Source: Candidatus Iainarchaeum sp. (lineage in GTDB: Archaea > B1Sed10-29 > WALL01). Taken from it: a DNA stretch of 64,000 nt. A model generated the notes under the pieces. It had not been told where the DNA came from. It did no database searches and saw nothing but the letters and a program-made list of their open reading frames with translations. How positions within the stretch are numbered: position 1 is the first letter of the stretch; every line of letters starts with the position of its first letter. Shown here one piece after another: positions 48,175-58,261 of this stretch. The position numbers and the translations under genes are program-made. Location of the stretch: NCBI GenBank assembly GCA_021162685.1, contig JAGGYF010000028.1:1-64000 (forward strand), written 5' to 3'.

Positions 48175-49753
48175 ATTGGTGCTTTTGAAACTTGGTGGTT
48201 CCCTCATAACGGATAAAACAAAACCAGAGACAGCAAGGGTTGATGTAATAAGAAGGATTGCACAAGAGATAAAGAGAGCATTAACCAAGAGGGGAGATAT
48301 AAAGTTAATTATAGGACATGGTGGTGGTTCATTTCCTCACTATCCTGCAAAGAGGTATAGAGTGAATGAGGGGATAATAAACAAGGATTCATGGAGAGGG
48401 TTTGCTGAGACAAGAGCAGCAGCATCAAAGCTGAATCAGATTGTTACAGAGATATTTCTTGAGGAAGGGCTGGATGTAGTATCACTACAACCGAGTTCAT
48501 CTGTTCTCTGTGAAAATGGGGTTATAGTGCATATGGACCTGAGGCAGATAAAATTCCTCATAGATAGACATCAGATCCCGGTAACCTATGGTGATGCTGT
48601 TTTGGACAGAGAAAAAGGATGTACAATTGTGTCAACAGAGGCACTGTTTGACTATATTGCACGAAAGCTTTTTCCAGATAGGATAATACTAGCAGGAGAG
48701 GTTGAGGGCGTCTATGATTCAGACCCGCATAAAAATCCAAATGCAAAACTTATTCCGGAGATAACAAACAAGAACTTTGAAAAAATCAAAAAGATGCTCA
48801 CTGGTTCACATGGTTATGATGTAACAGGCGGCATGGCAACAAAAATAGAGAGCATGTATAACCTGTTACATATTCTCCCATCAATGAAGGTGCAGATTAT
48901 ATCCGGAAAAATTCCAGGTGTTATTGAGAAAGCAATTGTTGGAAGAGAACACATCGGAACAATTATGAGATACTTGGGAAAGAGCAAGATACCTAAGATA
49001 ATTGTTGTTGAGGTTAATGGCATTATTGTAAAAAATGGCTTTAAGCCGTGGAAAGAAGCATTAACTATGATGGTAGAAAGAGGAGATATACCGCGAGATG
49101 CATGGGAGAGAGAAATAAAGCCAATTGTTGATGGATATCTATCAAAGAAGATAGATAGAGATGAAGCAGTGAAACTTGTTATGATGGGCGTTGCAAAGGC
49201 ACTGAAAGGAAAACCATACAAAGAGATAGAAGGAGTGATAAACAAAACAATGGAGAAGGTTAGGCAGAACTATGATCCATTTGTGATAGATATGCTGAAA
49301 TATGCAAAGAATGAAAGAGGTTATAAGCTGGCAACAATCTCAGCAAATTTTTATGACATTGCAAAACATATTGCCAAGGATATTGGCGCAGAATATGTTT
49401 ATGATACTACACTTGGCGTCAAAAACGGAAAACTTACAGGAACATTAAAGGGAGAATTCATGACATCCGTTGGAAAGTTGTGGGCAGTGAGAGACCTCAT
49501 GGAGAGAGCAAAATGTGTGAAGGAACGTATGATATACATAGGTAATAGGATATCAGATTGGAAAGCAATGAACGAATGCGGCATTAGCATACTATACAAA
49601 CCAGATTTGAGTGTAAAGGCAGAAAAAACACTTGAAGAAAAGGAGTGGATTAAGGAGATACTAAAAGTCATGAGGACAAATGAGTTGAGCAACCTGATTG
49701 TGATATCAAACAAATCAGACACAAAAAAACTGAAGGAGATCATAGATAGGTGA
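48167..49753 (+). CDS. ipk: isopentenyl phosphate kinase fused to a degenerate HAD-like domain
   Basis: LKLGGSLITDK, HGGGSF.H..A, YGD, DVTGGM.TKI; followed by an extra ~255-aa SerB-like domain. Confidence 0.88.
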   Translation: MSELVLLKLGGSLITDKTKPETARVDVIRRIAQEIKRALTKRGDIKLIIGHGGGSFPHYPAKRYRVNEGIINKDSWRGFAETRAAASKLNQIVTEIFLEEGLDVVSLQPSSSVLCENGVIVHMDLRQIKFLIDRHQIPVTYGDAVLDREKGCTIVSTEALFDYIARKLFPDRIILAGEVEGVYDSDPHKNPNAKLIPEITNKNFEKIKKMLTGSHGYDVTGGMATKIESMYNLLHILPSMKVQIISGKIPGVIEKAIVGREHIGTIMRYLGKSKIPKIIVVEVNGIIVKNGFKPWKEALTMMVERGDIPRDAWEREIKPIVDGYLSKKIDRDEAVKLVMMGVAKALKGKPYKEIEGVINKTMEKVRQNYDPFVIDMLKYAKNERGYKLATISANFYDIAKHIAKDIGAEYVYDTTLGVKNGKLTGTLKGEFMTSVGKLWAVRDLMERAKCVKERMIYIGNRISDWKAMNECGISILYKPDLSVKAEKTLEEKEWIKEILKVMRTNELSNLIVISNKSDTKKLKEIIDR

Positions 49754-49757
49754 AAGG

Positions 49758-50276
49758 ATGAAAGAAACAGAAGTTGAGATTGAAATAAAACATCTCGCAC
49801 CAGTACGGAAAAGGTTGGAATCAATAGGTGTACTTGTGGAGAAAGCATTATTTAGGGATGTGTATTTTGATAAAAAAATGTTTTTGAAAGGAGCAAGAGT
49901 AAGATTGAGAGAGAGAAAGGTCAGATATCCACATAAGAAATATGAAGCAAAATTAACACTCAAAAAACCAAGAATAAAAGGTGGTATCCAGAGGAGTGAA
50001 GAACTTGAGGTTAGATTAGATGACTTTAAGACAATGTATAAGATACTAGAAAGGTTATACGGTCCACCCTACTTTGATGAAGTACTATCTGTTGAGAGAT
50101 ACAAGGTGGGCAGTTCAGTCGTGGACTTGAGAGCAGTAAAAGGTCTGTTTAAATATGTTGAGATTGAGGGGAATACTAAACAGATAAAGCGATTAGAGAA
50201 GAGACTTGGAATTGTAGGAAAGAGAATAACGGAGGGAGCATTCAAAAGAATATGTAAAATGCGGGGATTACTATGA
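49758..50276 (+). CDS. CYTH-domain (triphosphate tunnel / class IV adenylate cyclase-like) protein
   Basis: EVEIEIK, DVYFD, VRLRE, LTLK, EELEV, YVEIEG. Confidence 0.85.
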   Translation: MKETEVEIEIKHLAPVRKRLESIGVLVEKALFRDVYFDKKMFLKGARVRLRERKVRYPHKKYEAKLTLKKPRIKGGIQRSEELEVRLDDFKTMYKILERLYGPPYFDEVLSVERYKVGSSVVDLRAVKGLFKYVEIEGNTKQIKRLEKRLGIVGKRITEGAFKRICKMRGLL

Positions 50277-51325
50277 TAAAAAAACGAAAACTTGACCATA
50301 TTGAGATATGCACAGAGAAGGATGTGGAGGTTGGGAGCAATTGGTTTGAATATGTTCAGTTAATACATAATGCTGTTCCTGAGATAAATCTTGACGATGT
50401 AGAGACAAAAACCACATTTCTCGGAAAAGAATTGAAAGCACCACTCATGGTCGCTGCTATAACTGGAGGAGTAGAAGAAGCCAAAGAGATAAACAAATCA
50501 CTGGCAAAGGTATGTGAGGAGTTCGGTATTGCATTCGGCCTTGGCTCACAAAGGGCAATGATAGAACATCCAGAACTATGGGATACATACTATGTAAGGG
50601 ATGTTGCACCTAATATTCCTATTTTTGGAAATATTGGACTAGCAAATCTTGGTGATATAGGTATCAATGAGATTATAAAATCTATCAAAAGGGTTGATGC
50701 AGATTTTCTGTGCGTGCATCTCAATGCTGCCCAGGAAGCAGCACAACCAGAAGGGAACACGCAATTTGCAGAGAAGATAAAGGAGTTGGCAAAACTATCA
50801 AAGAAAATCCCCATAATTGCGAAAGAGGTTGGCAATGGCATATCAAGAGAAACAGCGATATTGCTGAAGGAGGCTGGAGTAAAGGCCATAGATGTCGGAG
50901 GATTTGGGGGAACAAGTTGGATCAAGGTTGAGGAGTACAGGAGTAAGAATAGTAGTGGATTTGTCAATTGGGGAATACCCACTGCTGCAGCCGTTATGGA
51001 ATGTAGTGCTGTTGGTCTACCAATTATTGCAACAGGAGGCATAAGAAGAGGATTAGAATGTGCAAAAGCCATTGCGCTTGGTGCAAGCATATGTGGTATG
51101 GCGTTGCCCTGTCTAAGATGGCATTACAAAGGAAAACTTAGGGAAAACATGAGCAATGTAATAAAAGAATTGAAAACCGCGATGTTCTTAACAGGAAGTA
51201 GAAGTATAGGTGAGCTAAAACAAACGAATGCTGTTATATCAGGCAAACTAAAGGAATGGTGTGAGGCGAGGTCTATTCCTATAAAACATTATGCAATGCG
51301 GAGAAGTCATTTAAAGATGTTCTAA
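50273..51325 (+). CDS. fni: type 2 isopentenyl-diphosphate isomerase
   Basis: RK.DHI.IC, AITGG, GSQRA, HLN..QE..QPEG, KEVGNG, GGTSW..VE. Confidence 0.96.
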   Translation: MIKKRKLDHIEICTEKDVEVGSNWFEYVQLIHNAVPEINLDDVETKTTFLGKELKAPLMVAAITGGVEEAKEINKSLAKVCEEFGIAFGLGSQRAMIEHPELWDTYYVRDVAPNIPIFGNIGLANLGDIGINEIIKSIKRVDADFLCVHLNAAQEAAQPEGNTQFAEKIKELAKLSKKIPIIAKEVGNGISRETAILLKEAGVKAIDVGGFGGTSWIKVEEYRSKNSSGFVNWGIPTAAAVMECSAVGLPIIATGGIRRGLECAKAIALGASICGMALPCLRWHYKGKLRENMSNVIKELKTAMFLTGSRSIGELKQTNAVISGKLKEWCEARSIPIKHYAMRRSHLKMF

Positions 51326-51338
51326 CATAGTTGATAGT

Positions 51339-52940
51339 ATGGACAAAACAATATTGAAATACGCATTGAAGAATGCACTTGATTATGGAAAAGCAAATGA
51401 GAGGGCAGTTATTGCTAAGGTTATGGGGGAGCACCCAGAATGGAGAAAAAACGCCAAAGAGATCGTAAAAAGAACAAAGGAAATTATTGAGGAGATAGAC
51501 GCGTGGGATGATGATAAAAAAAGGAAGAAGCTCTTAGAGCTATGGCCAGATGTATTTGAAGAAAAAGAGAAAAAAGAAGAATTACCCGAACTTCCAGGAG
51601 CAGTTAAAGGAAACGTTGTTATGATGTTCCCACCAGAACCATCTAAATATCCACACATTGGGCATGCGAAAGCAGCATTATTGAACTATGTATATGCAAG
51701 GAAATACAATGGAACATTTATATTAAGATTTGAAGATTCAAATCCAGCAAAGGTTGAAGAACAGTATTACAAAATACAAGAAGAGGATTATAAATGGCTT
51801 GGGATGGAATGGGATAAAGTTGATTATATCTCTGACCACATGGACACATTTTATAGCATAGTGGAACGATTGTTGGCAGAGAAAAAAGCGTATGTTTGCA
51901 CATGCGAGAAGGAGAAGATAAGGAGAGATAGGACAGAGAAAAAAGCGTGCGAATGTAGAGATGGAAGAAACAACAGGCTTTGGGAGGAGATAAAGAAAGG
52001 CGCAGGATATGTTGTCAGAATGAAGATAGATATGACACATAAGAATGCTGCTATGCGCGACCCCACAATCATGAGGGTTGTGGACAAGGAGCATCCACGG
52101 ACTGGAAACAAATACAAAGCATGGCCAACATACGAATTTGCTACATCTGTCATGGATGGTATTGAGGGCATAACCCACAGAATAAGATCAAAAGAGTTTG
52201 AAACAAAGAATGAAGTACAAGCATTTATGAGAACTGCTTGCGGTTTCCATAACCCTGTTATAATCTCAATAGGTAGATTGAATCTAGAAGGGATTGAAGC
52301 TGCTGGTAGGAAAAATAGAGAACTTGTTGAATCTGGAAAGTATATGGGATGGGATGACCCACGATTGCCAACCCTAAGGAGTTTCAAAAGAAGGGGATTT
52401 AAACCAGAGGCCATAAAGGAGTTTGTCCTTAGGTCAGGCATATCAAAGGCGGATTCAACCTTGCCCATGAGCGTCCTTGAGTCAATAAACAGGAAGTACA
52501 TAGAACCAGAGGCAAACAGGTTGTTCTTTGTTCCAGATCCAAAGAAGATTGTTGTTGAGGGTATACCAAAAACAGTAGTAAGGCTAAAAAATCATCCCTC
52601 ATTCCCAGAGAGAGGATTTAGAGAATACGTGCTTGAAGGAACTGTTACATTCTATGTTCCAGAGGTCCTCAATGAGTTCAGGTTGAAGGATGCATTTAAT
52701 GTAAAGGATGGCCAATACAATGGAGAAGAGTTAATGGACATACCAAAAATCCAATGGGTGCACGAGGGAAATCACGTAGAATGTAGTGTGGTTATGCCAG
52801 ATGCCTCAATTGTAAGTGGGGTCATTGAAAAGGCCATTTTGGACGCAAAGGTGGGGCAGAGGTTCCAGCTCGAGAGGTTTGGATATGTAATCCTGGATAG
52901 CCTTAAGGATGGTATCTCGTTCTGGTATACTCATAAGTAA
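51339..52940 (+). CDS. gltX: glutamate-tRNA ligase (archaeal type)
   Basis: FPPEPSKYPHIGH, LRFEDSNP, WPTYEFA, GWDDPRLPTL...RRG, FQLERFGY. Confidence 0.96.
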   Translation: MDKTILKYALKNALDYGKANERAVIAKVMGEHPEWRKNAKEIVKRTKEIIEEIDAWDDDKKRKKLLELWPDVFEEKEKKEELPELPGAVKGNVVMMFPPEPSKYPHIGHAKAALLNYVYARKYNGTFILRFEDSNPAKVEEQYYKIQEEDYKWLGMEWDKVDYISDHMDTFYSIVERLLAEKKAYVCTCEKEKIRRDRTEKKACECRDGRNNRLWEEIKKGAGYVVRMKIDMTHKNAAMRDPTIMRVVDKEHPRTGNKYKAWPTYEFATSVMDGIEGITHRIRSKEFETKNEVQAFMRTACGFHNPVIISIGRLNLEGIEAAGRKNRELVESGKYMGWDDPRLPTLRSFKRRGFKPEAIKEFVLRSGISKADSTLPMSVLESINRKYIEPEANRLFFVPDPKKIVVEGIPKTVVRLKNHPSFPERGFREYVLEGTVTFYVPEVLNEFRLKDAFNVKDGQYNGEELMDIPKIQWVHEGNHVECSVVMPDASIVSGVIEKAILDAKVGQRFQLERFGYVILDSLKDGISFWYTHK

Positions 52941-53000
52941 GCATACATTTATAAATTCTAATGCTCAGAATATACTGCTAATTTTTATTAGCATCTGTGA

Positions 53001-53021
53001 AAGAGGCAAAAGCCGATGATT
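53001..53021 (+). promoter_or_regulatory. K-turn in the rpl7ae 5' UTR (putative autoregulatory site)
   Basis: AA-GA-GGC-AAAA-GCC-GAT-GA-TT forms a C-stem, 3-nt bulge and tandem GA pairs, abutting SD GAGGTGA; TATA at 52948-52955. Confidence 0.65.
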
Positions 53022-53032
53022 GAGGTGAGTAT

Positions 53033-53386
53033 ATGGCGTTTGAAGTACCGAAGGAAGTAGTTGAAAAGGTCTACGAAGCTGTAGAAATGGCAACAAACAC
53101 TGGAAAGGTGAGAAAAGGAGTAAACGAAACAACAAAAGCTGTTGAGAGAGAACAGGCAAAGCTTGTCGTTATTGCATCAGATGTCTCCCCAGCAGAGATT
53201 ACAATGCATCTACCTATCCTATGCGATGAGAAGAACATTGTATATGTGTATGTTCCAACAAGGAAGGAGCTTGGGGAAGCAGTAGGTATATCTGTTGGAA
53301 CAAGTGCTGTTGCAATAACTGAGCCAGGAAACGCAAAAGATATCATTGAGGACCTGAAAAAGAAGATTGCTGAACTGAAGAAGTAG
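53033..53386 (+). CDS. rpl7ae: ribosomal protein eL8 (L7Ae)
   Basis: [30 protein letters not shown]. Confidence 0.98.
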   Translation: MAFEVPKEVVEKVYEAVEMATNTGKVRKGVNETTKAVEREQAKLVVIASDVSPAEITMHLPILCDEKNIVYVYVPTRKELGEAVGISVGTSAVAITEPGNAKDIIEDLKKKIAELKK

Positions 53387-53394
53387 GTGATCAG

Positions 53395-53610
53395 ATGGCA
53401 GAAGAAGAGCAGGGTGTTCCTGCAGAAGTGATGGAGATTGTTGGGAAGACTGGTGTCTATGGAGAGATACATCAAGTGATGGCAAAAGTACTGGAAGGAA
53501 GGGACAAGGGCAGAATACTGAGGAGAAACGTTAAGGGCCCTGTCAAAGTCGGTGACATTCTCATACTTATGGATACAAGAACAGAGGCAAAACAGATAAA
53601 AGCAAGGTGA
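53395..53610 (+). CDS. rps28e: ribosomal protein eS28
   Basis: PAEV.EIVGKTG..GE..QV, RNVKGPV.VGDIL. Confidence 0.97.
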   Translation: MAEEEQGVPAEVMEIVGKTGVYGEIHQVMAKVLEGRDKGRILRRNVKGPVKVGDILILMDTRTEAKQIKAR

Positions 53611-53614
53611 GGAG

Positions 53615-53956
53615 ATGAAGTGTAGTTTTTGTGGTAGAGAGATTCCAAGAGGCACTGGGAAGATTATAGCCACAAGGGAAGGAGACATCTATTACATATG
53701 CTCTTCAAAGTGCGAGAAGAACATGTTCAAATTGAAGAGAAAGCCACAGAAGGTAAAATGGACCATGAGATACCAATACGAGAAGAACATCAGGTCATCT
53801 GAGCCAAAGAAAGAGGAAAAGGTTGAGAAGAAAAAGGTGAAGAAAAAGAAGACAACAAGACAGGAGAGAAGAAAAGCAAGATTAGAGAAGAAACTAGCAA
53901 AAAAGAGGAAGAAGCAGGAGCTCAAGAAGAAGTCAAAAGAAGAGGGAAAGCAATGA
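53615..53956 (+). CDS. rpl24e: ribosomal protein eL24 with long basic tail
   Basis: KCSFCG.EI..GTG, CSSKCEK, RKP.KVKWT. Confidence 0.95.
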   Translation: MKCSFCGREIPRGTGKIIATREGDIYYICSSKCEKNMFKLKRKPQKVKWTMRYQYEKNIRSSEPKKEEKVEKKKVKKKKTTRQERRKARLEKKLAKKRKKQELKKKSKEEGKQ

Positions 53957-54594
53957 AAACCAGGGTGATTTTCCTTGGGCCTCCTGGCGCAGGCAAGGGA
54001 ACATATGCCTCACGTATTATGGAACGGTTAAATATTCCGCAGATATCTACGGGTGACCTACTGAGGGAAGCAATAAGGAATAGGACAGAGATAGGAATAA
54101 AAGCAGAAGAGTATGTAAGTCAAGGAAAGCTTGTGCCAGACGATATTGTCATAGAAATATTAAAACAACGTCTTGCGAAAGATGACTGTAAAAATGGGTT
54201 CATCCTGGATGGTTTTCCACGAACAATTGAACAAGCAAAAGCACTTGATAACATAACACATATTGATCTTGTGATAAATCTTGTTGTACCAGATGAGATA
54301 ATTGTCAAGAGGTTATCATCCAGGATTATATGCAAAAGGTGTGGGGCAGTGTACAACCTCATCACACTACCACCAAAAAAAGAAGGTATTTGTGATAAAT
54401 GCGGTGGTCCACTCTACCAAAGAGAGGATGATAAACCAGAGGTTATAATGCAACGGTTAGACGTCTACAAAAAACAAACTGCACCACTAGTAGAGTATTA
54501 TAGAAATAGAGGCATTTTAGTTGATATTGTCTGTGATAAAGTAGATACTCCTCCAGAAGAGGTTGTTGATAGGATAATTAAGATTATGAGGTGA
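53953..54594 (+). CDS. adk: adenylate kinase, bacterial type with Zn-lid
   Basis: LGPPGAGKGT, ISTGDLLR, FILDGFPRT, CxxC...CxxC lid, QREDD. Confidence 0.95.
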   Translation: MKTRVIFLGPPGAGKGTYASRIMERLNIPQISTGDLLREAIRNRTEIGIKAEEYVSQGKLVPDDIVIEILKQRLAKDDCKNGFILDGFPRTIEQAKALDNITHIDLVINLVVPDEIIVKRLSSRIICKRCGAVYNLITLPPKKEGICDKCGGPLYQREDDKPEVIMQRLDVYKKQTAPLVEYYRNRGILVDIVCDKVDTPPEEVVDRIIKIMR

Positions 54595-54598
54595 TTAA

Positions 54599-54790
54599 AT
54601 GGTAAAAAAGAAGAAGCTTGTGAGGTCCAACAAAGGAACGCTTGCTGGTATATGCACGGGTATTGCTGAATATCTTGAACTAGACCCTGCATTAATCAAG
54701 TTCGTATTTTGGTGCTTCTTGCTGGCAACAGGCATGCTACCAGGAATAATAGCATACCTTATTGGCTTAGCAATAATACCAAAGGAATGA
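54599..54790 (+). CDS. PspC domain protein
   Basis: KKLVRS...LAGIC.GIAEYL..DP.LI...IIAYLI...IIP. Confidence 0.88.
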   Translation: MVKKKKLVRSNKGTLAGICTGIAEYLELDPALIKFVFWCFLLATGMLPGIIAYLIGLAIIPKE

Positions 54791-54901
54791 CTTATACATT
54801 TATAAATGCAGATACTCATAACAATACTGCCTCGGGACTGGGCTGATTAAGTTCCCAAAAAAGTCGCTGAGGTGCACTAATTCAGAGAAGGATTTGGTCG
54901 G

Positions 54902-56662
54902 ATGAAGGTCAGACAACCAATAATCGCAGTTCTGGCGCATGTAGACCATGGAAAGACTACCCTACTTGATAAGATCAGGGATACTGCTATTGCTGCAAAG
55001 GAAGCTGGGGGGATAACGCAAGAGATTGGTGCAACTGTTGTTCCAAGAGAGGTAATTGAAAGTATTTGTGGAGAAGAATTGAAAAAATTAGGTGTAAAGC
55101 TTACAATACCTGGCTTGCTTTTCATTGATACACCTGGGCATGAAGCATTTACAAACCTGAGGAAAAGAGGAGGAAGTATCTCAGACCTAGCAATCCTTCT
55201 CATAGATGTAACAGCGGGCATACAACCACAAACAATTGAGTCCATAGAAATACTAAAGATGAATAAGGTTCCATTTGTTATTGGCCTTAACAAGATAGAC
55301 CTATTGCCTGGATGGGAGCCAAATGAAAACATGTGCTTTAAAGGAACTATAGAAAAACAGGCAAAGGATGTTCAATTAGAGCTTGACAAGAGATTGTATG
55401 ATATTGTTGGGAAGATGTATGAACTTGGATTTAACTGTGAGAGGTTTGATAGAGTAGATGATTTTACAAAGCAGATTGTCATAATACCTATATCTGCAAA
55501 AACAGGGGAAGGGATACCAGAACTTCTGCTGTTCATCTCTGGACTTACGCAAAAGTATATGGCAAACAAATTGGAGATAGATGAATCAAAGCCAGGTAGA
55601 GGCACAATTCTTGAAGTAAAAGAAGTAAAAGGAATGGGCACAACGATTGATGTGATCATCTATGATGGTGTAATAAGAAAAGGAGACACAATAGTTGTTG
55701 GAGGAAGAGACAAACCAATCATTACAAAGGTTAGGGCATTGCTTCAACCAAAACCACTACAAGAGATTAGGGATATAAAAAGGCAATTTGAACATGTAGA
55801 TGAGGTTGTTGCAAGTGCAGGTGTGAAAATTATAGCACCAGGGCTTGAAGATGCTGTTGCAGGTTCAACTGTATGCGTAGCAAGTGAACGTGTTGATGAA
55901 ATTGTTGATGAAGTTGCTTCTGAAATGAGAGCAATGGAAGTTGAGACAGATAAGAATGGTATCATAGTAAAAACAAACTCATTAGGAAGTTTAGAGGCAC
56001 TGATCCATCTCCTTGGAAAGTACAATATCCCAATAAGAAGAGCATCTGTAGGGAATGTGACAAAGAGAGATGTGGTAGAAGCAGAATCAGTTGAGGAGTT
56101 TAATCACTATCTCGGAGTTATATTCGCATTTAACACAAAGGTGCTTGATGAAGCAAGAGATGAGGCAGAGGAAGCAGGTATTAAAATATTTGAAACAGAT
56201 GTTATATACAAACTTGTTGAAGAATATGAGAAATGGAAGGAAGAGGAGAAAAAGAGGGAGATTGAGGAATTATTGAAAAGCAACCTCTATCCTGTGAAAA
56301 TAGAGATATTACGTGGGTATGTATTCAGAAAAAGCAAACCTGCTATTGTTGGCGTAGAGGTTTTGGATGGTATACTAAAATCTCCGTTACCTATTATGAA
56401 CGAAAATGGTAGGAGAGTAGGGAAGATAAAAAGCATACAGAAAGAAGGGGAAAATGTTGAAAAAGCGGAGAAAGGAGAGAGAGTGGCTGTGTCTATTGAA
56501 GGCGTTACAATTGGTAGACAGATAAAAGAGGGAGATATATTATATGCTAACATTCCTCTGAAACAGATTCCTGAACTTGAAGAGGAAGTAGAGCATAAGG
56601 AACTGTTAGAGGAAATAAAGATAGTAAAAAAGAAACATAAACTAATGGAGGAAAGAACATGA
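54902..56662 (+). CDS. infB: translation initiation factor aIF5B (IF-2)
   Basis: [38 protein letters not shown]. Confidence 0.98.
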   Translation: MKVRQPIIAVLAHVDHGKTTLLDKIRDTAIAAKEAGGITQEIGATVVPREVIESICGEELKKLGVKLTIPGLLFIDTPGHEAFTNLRKRGGSISDLAILLIDVTAGIQPQTIESIEILKMNKVPFVIGLNKIDLLPGWEPNENMCFKGTIEKQAKDVQLELDKRLYDIVGKMYELGFNCERFDRVDDFTKQIVIIPISAKTGEGIPELLLFISGLTQKYMANKLEIDESKPGRGTILEVKEVKGMGTTIDVIIYDGVIRKGDTIVVGGRDKPIITKVRALLQPKPLQEIRDIKRQFEHVDEVVASAGVKIIAPGLEDAVAGSTVCVASERVDEIVDEVASEMRAMEVETDKNGIIVKTNSLGSLEALIHLLGKYNIPIRRASVGNVTKRDVVEAESVEEFNHYLGVIFAFNTKVLDEARDEAEEAGIKIFETDVIYKLVEEYEKWKEEEKKREIEELLKSNLYPVKIEILRGYVFRKSKPAIVGVEVLDGILKSPLPIMNENGRRVGKIKSIQKEGENVEKAEKGERVAVSIEGVTIGRQIKEGDILYANIPLKQIPELEEEVEHKELLEEIKIVKKKHKLMEERT

Positions 56663-57066
56663 AGATAGTTGTGTCTAACCCAGAGGATGGGAAAAGCTAC
56701 CAAAAAGAGCTAGAAAAAGCACAGGAGAAGACATTATACGGAAAAAGGATAGGTGATAAGATCAGTGGCGACACAATAGGACTTACAGGATACGAACTAG
56801 TGATTACAGGTGGTTCTGACAAGCAGGGATTTCCAATGAGGGCAGACCTCCACGGTACAGCAAGAAAGAAGGTCTTACTCTCAAAAGGTCCTGGCTTTCA
56901 TCCAAAGAGAAAGGGTGAGCGAAGGAGAAAAAGTGTGCGTGGAAATACAATATCAGAAGAGATTGCACAAGTGAACATGAAGGTCTCTAAGAAAGGAAAG
57001 GAGCCGCTTGAGAAATTGTTTGGAAAAGGTGAAGAGGAGAAAAAGGAAGAAAAGGAGAAGAAGTGA
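56659..57066 (+). CDS. rps6e: ribosomal protein eS6
   Basis: ITGGSDK.GFPMR, G.RRRKSVRG. Confidence 0.97.
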   Translation: MKIVVSNPEDGKSYQKELEKAQEKTLYGKRIGDKISGDTIGLTGYELVITGGSDKQGFPMRADLHGTARKKVLLSKGPGFHPKRKGERRRKSVRGNTISEEIAQVNMKVSKKGKEPLEKLFGKGEEEKKEEKEKK

Positions 57067-57070
57067 GTAG

Positions 57071-58261
57071 ATGTCAGAACAAGCAGAGGTAAATATTGGG
57101 TTGGTAGGTCATGTAGACCATGGAAAGACAACGATAGTCAAAGCACTAACAGGAGTATGGACAGATACCCACAGCGAGGAACTGAAGAGAGGGATAACAA
57201 TAAGACTAGGGTATGCAGATGTTGAATTTAGAAGGTGTGAATCGTGTGGAAAGTACACAGTATCAGAGATGTGCGGGAAGTGCAACCATAAGACAAAATC
57301 AGTAAGGAGGGTTGCGTTCGTTGATGCACCTGGACATGAAACACTGATGACAGTAATGATATCGGGAGCAGCGATAATGGATGGCGCGTTATTGGTAATT
57401 GCAGCAAATGAACATTGCCCACAACCACAGACATACGAACACCTGATGGCATTGGACATTGTAGGAGTGAAGAATATTGTAATAGTACAAAACAAAGTGG
57501 ACCTAGTGACAAAAGAAGAAGCTATGAAGAACTACAAGGAGATCAAAGCATTTGTAAAAGGGACAATCGCAGAGAATGCTCCGATTATACCAGTGGCTGC
57601 ACACCATGGATTAAACATAGATGCCCTTATTGAAGCAATTGAAGAGTATATACCAACACCAAAAAGAGATGAGAAAAAACCAGCAAGGATGTTTGTGGCG
57701 AGAAGTTTTGACGTAAACAAGCCAGGAACACCTATTGAGAAATTGAATGGAGGAGTAGTAGGAGGAAGCTTAATACAGGGGAAACTAAAAATCGGAGATG
57801 AGATAGAGATAAGGCCAGGGATAAGCAGAGACAACAAATGGATGACAATAAAAACAAAGGTCACAGGGCTTAGTACATGTGGGAAAAATGTCAAAGAGGC
57901 AAGACCTGGTGGGCTTATAGGTGTTGCAACATCTCTTGACCCTGCACTAACAAAAACAGATATGCTTGTTGGGAGTATTGTCGGCGCAACAGGAACATTG
58001 CCACCTGTGCTGGCAGAACTAACCCTTGATGTAACACTCATGGAAAGAGCAGTAGGTGTTGAGAAAGTAGACCCACTCCGCATTGGAGAACCCATCGTGA
58101 TAAGCGCGGGCACTGCAACGACATTGGGCACAGTGACTTCTGCAAAACCTGTGAAGGTTTCTTTAAAGCGGCCGGTATGCGCAGAAAAGGGATGGAATGT
58201 AGCAATAAGTAGAAGAGTAGGAAACAGATGGAGGCTAATAGGTTATGGCAAGATCATATAA
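57071..58261 (+). CDS. eif2g: translation initiation factor aIF2 gamma
   Basis: [41 protein letters not shown]. Confidence 0.98.
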   Translation: MSEQAEVNIGLVGHVDHGKTTIVKALTGVWTDTHSEELKRGITIRLGYADVEFRRCESCGKYTVSEMCGKCNHKTKSVRRVAFVDAPGHETLMTVMISGAAIMDGALLVIAANEHCPQPQTYEHLMALDIVGVKNIVIVQNKVDLVTKEEAMKNYKEIKAFVKGTIAENAPIIPVAAHHGLNIDALIEAIEEYIPTPKRDEKKPARMFVARSFDVNKPGTPIEKLNGGVVGGSLIQGKLKIGDEIEIRPGISRDNKWMTIKTKVTGLSTCGKNVKEARPGGLIGVATSLDPALTKTDMLVGSIVGATGTLPPVLAELTLDVTLMERAVGVEKVDPLRIGEPIVISAGTATTLGTVTSAKPVKVSLKRPVCAEKGWNVAISRRVGNRWRLIGYGKII

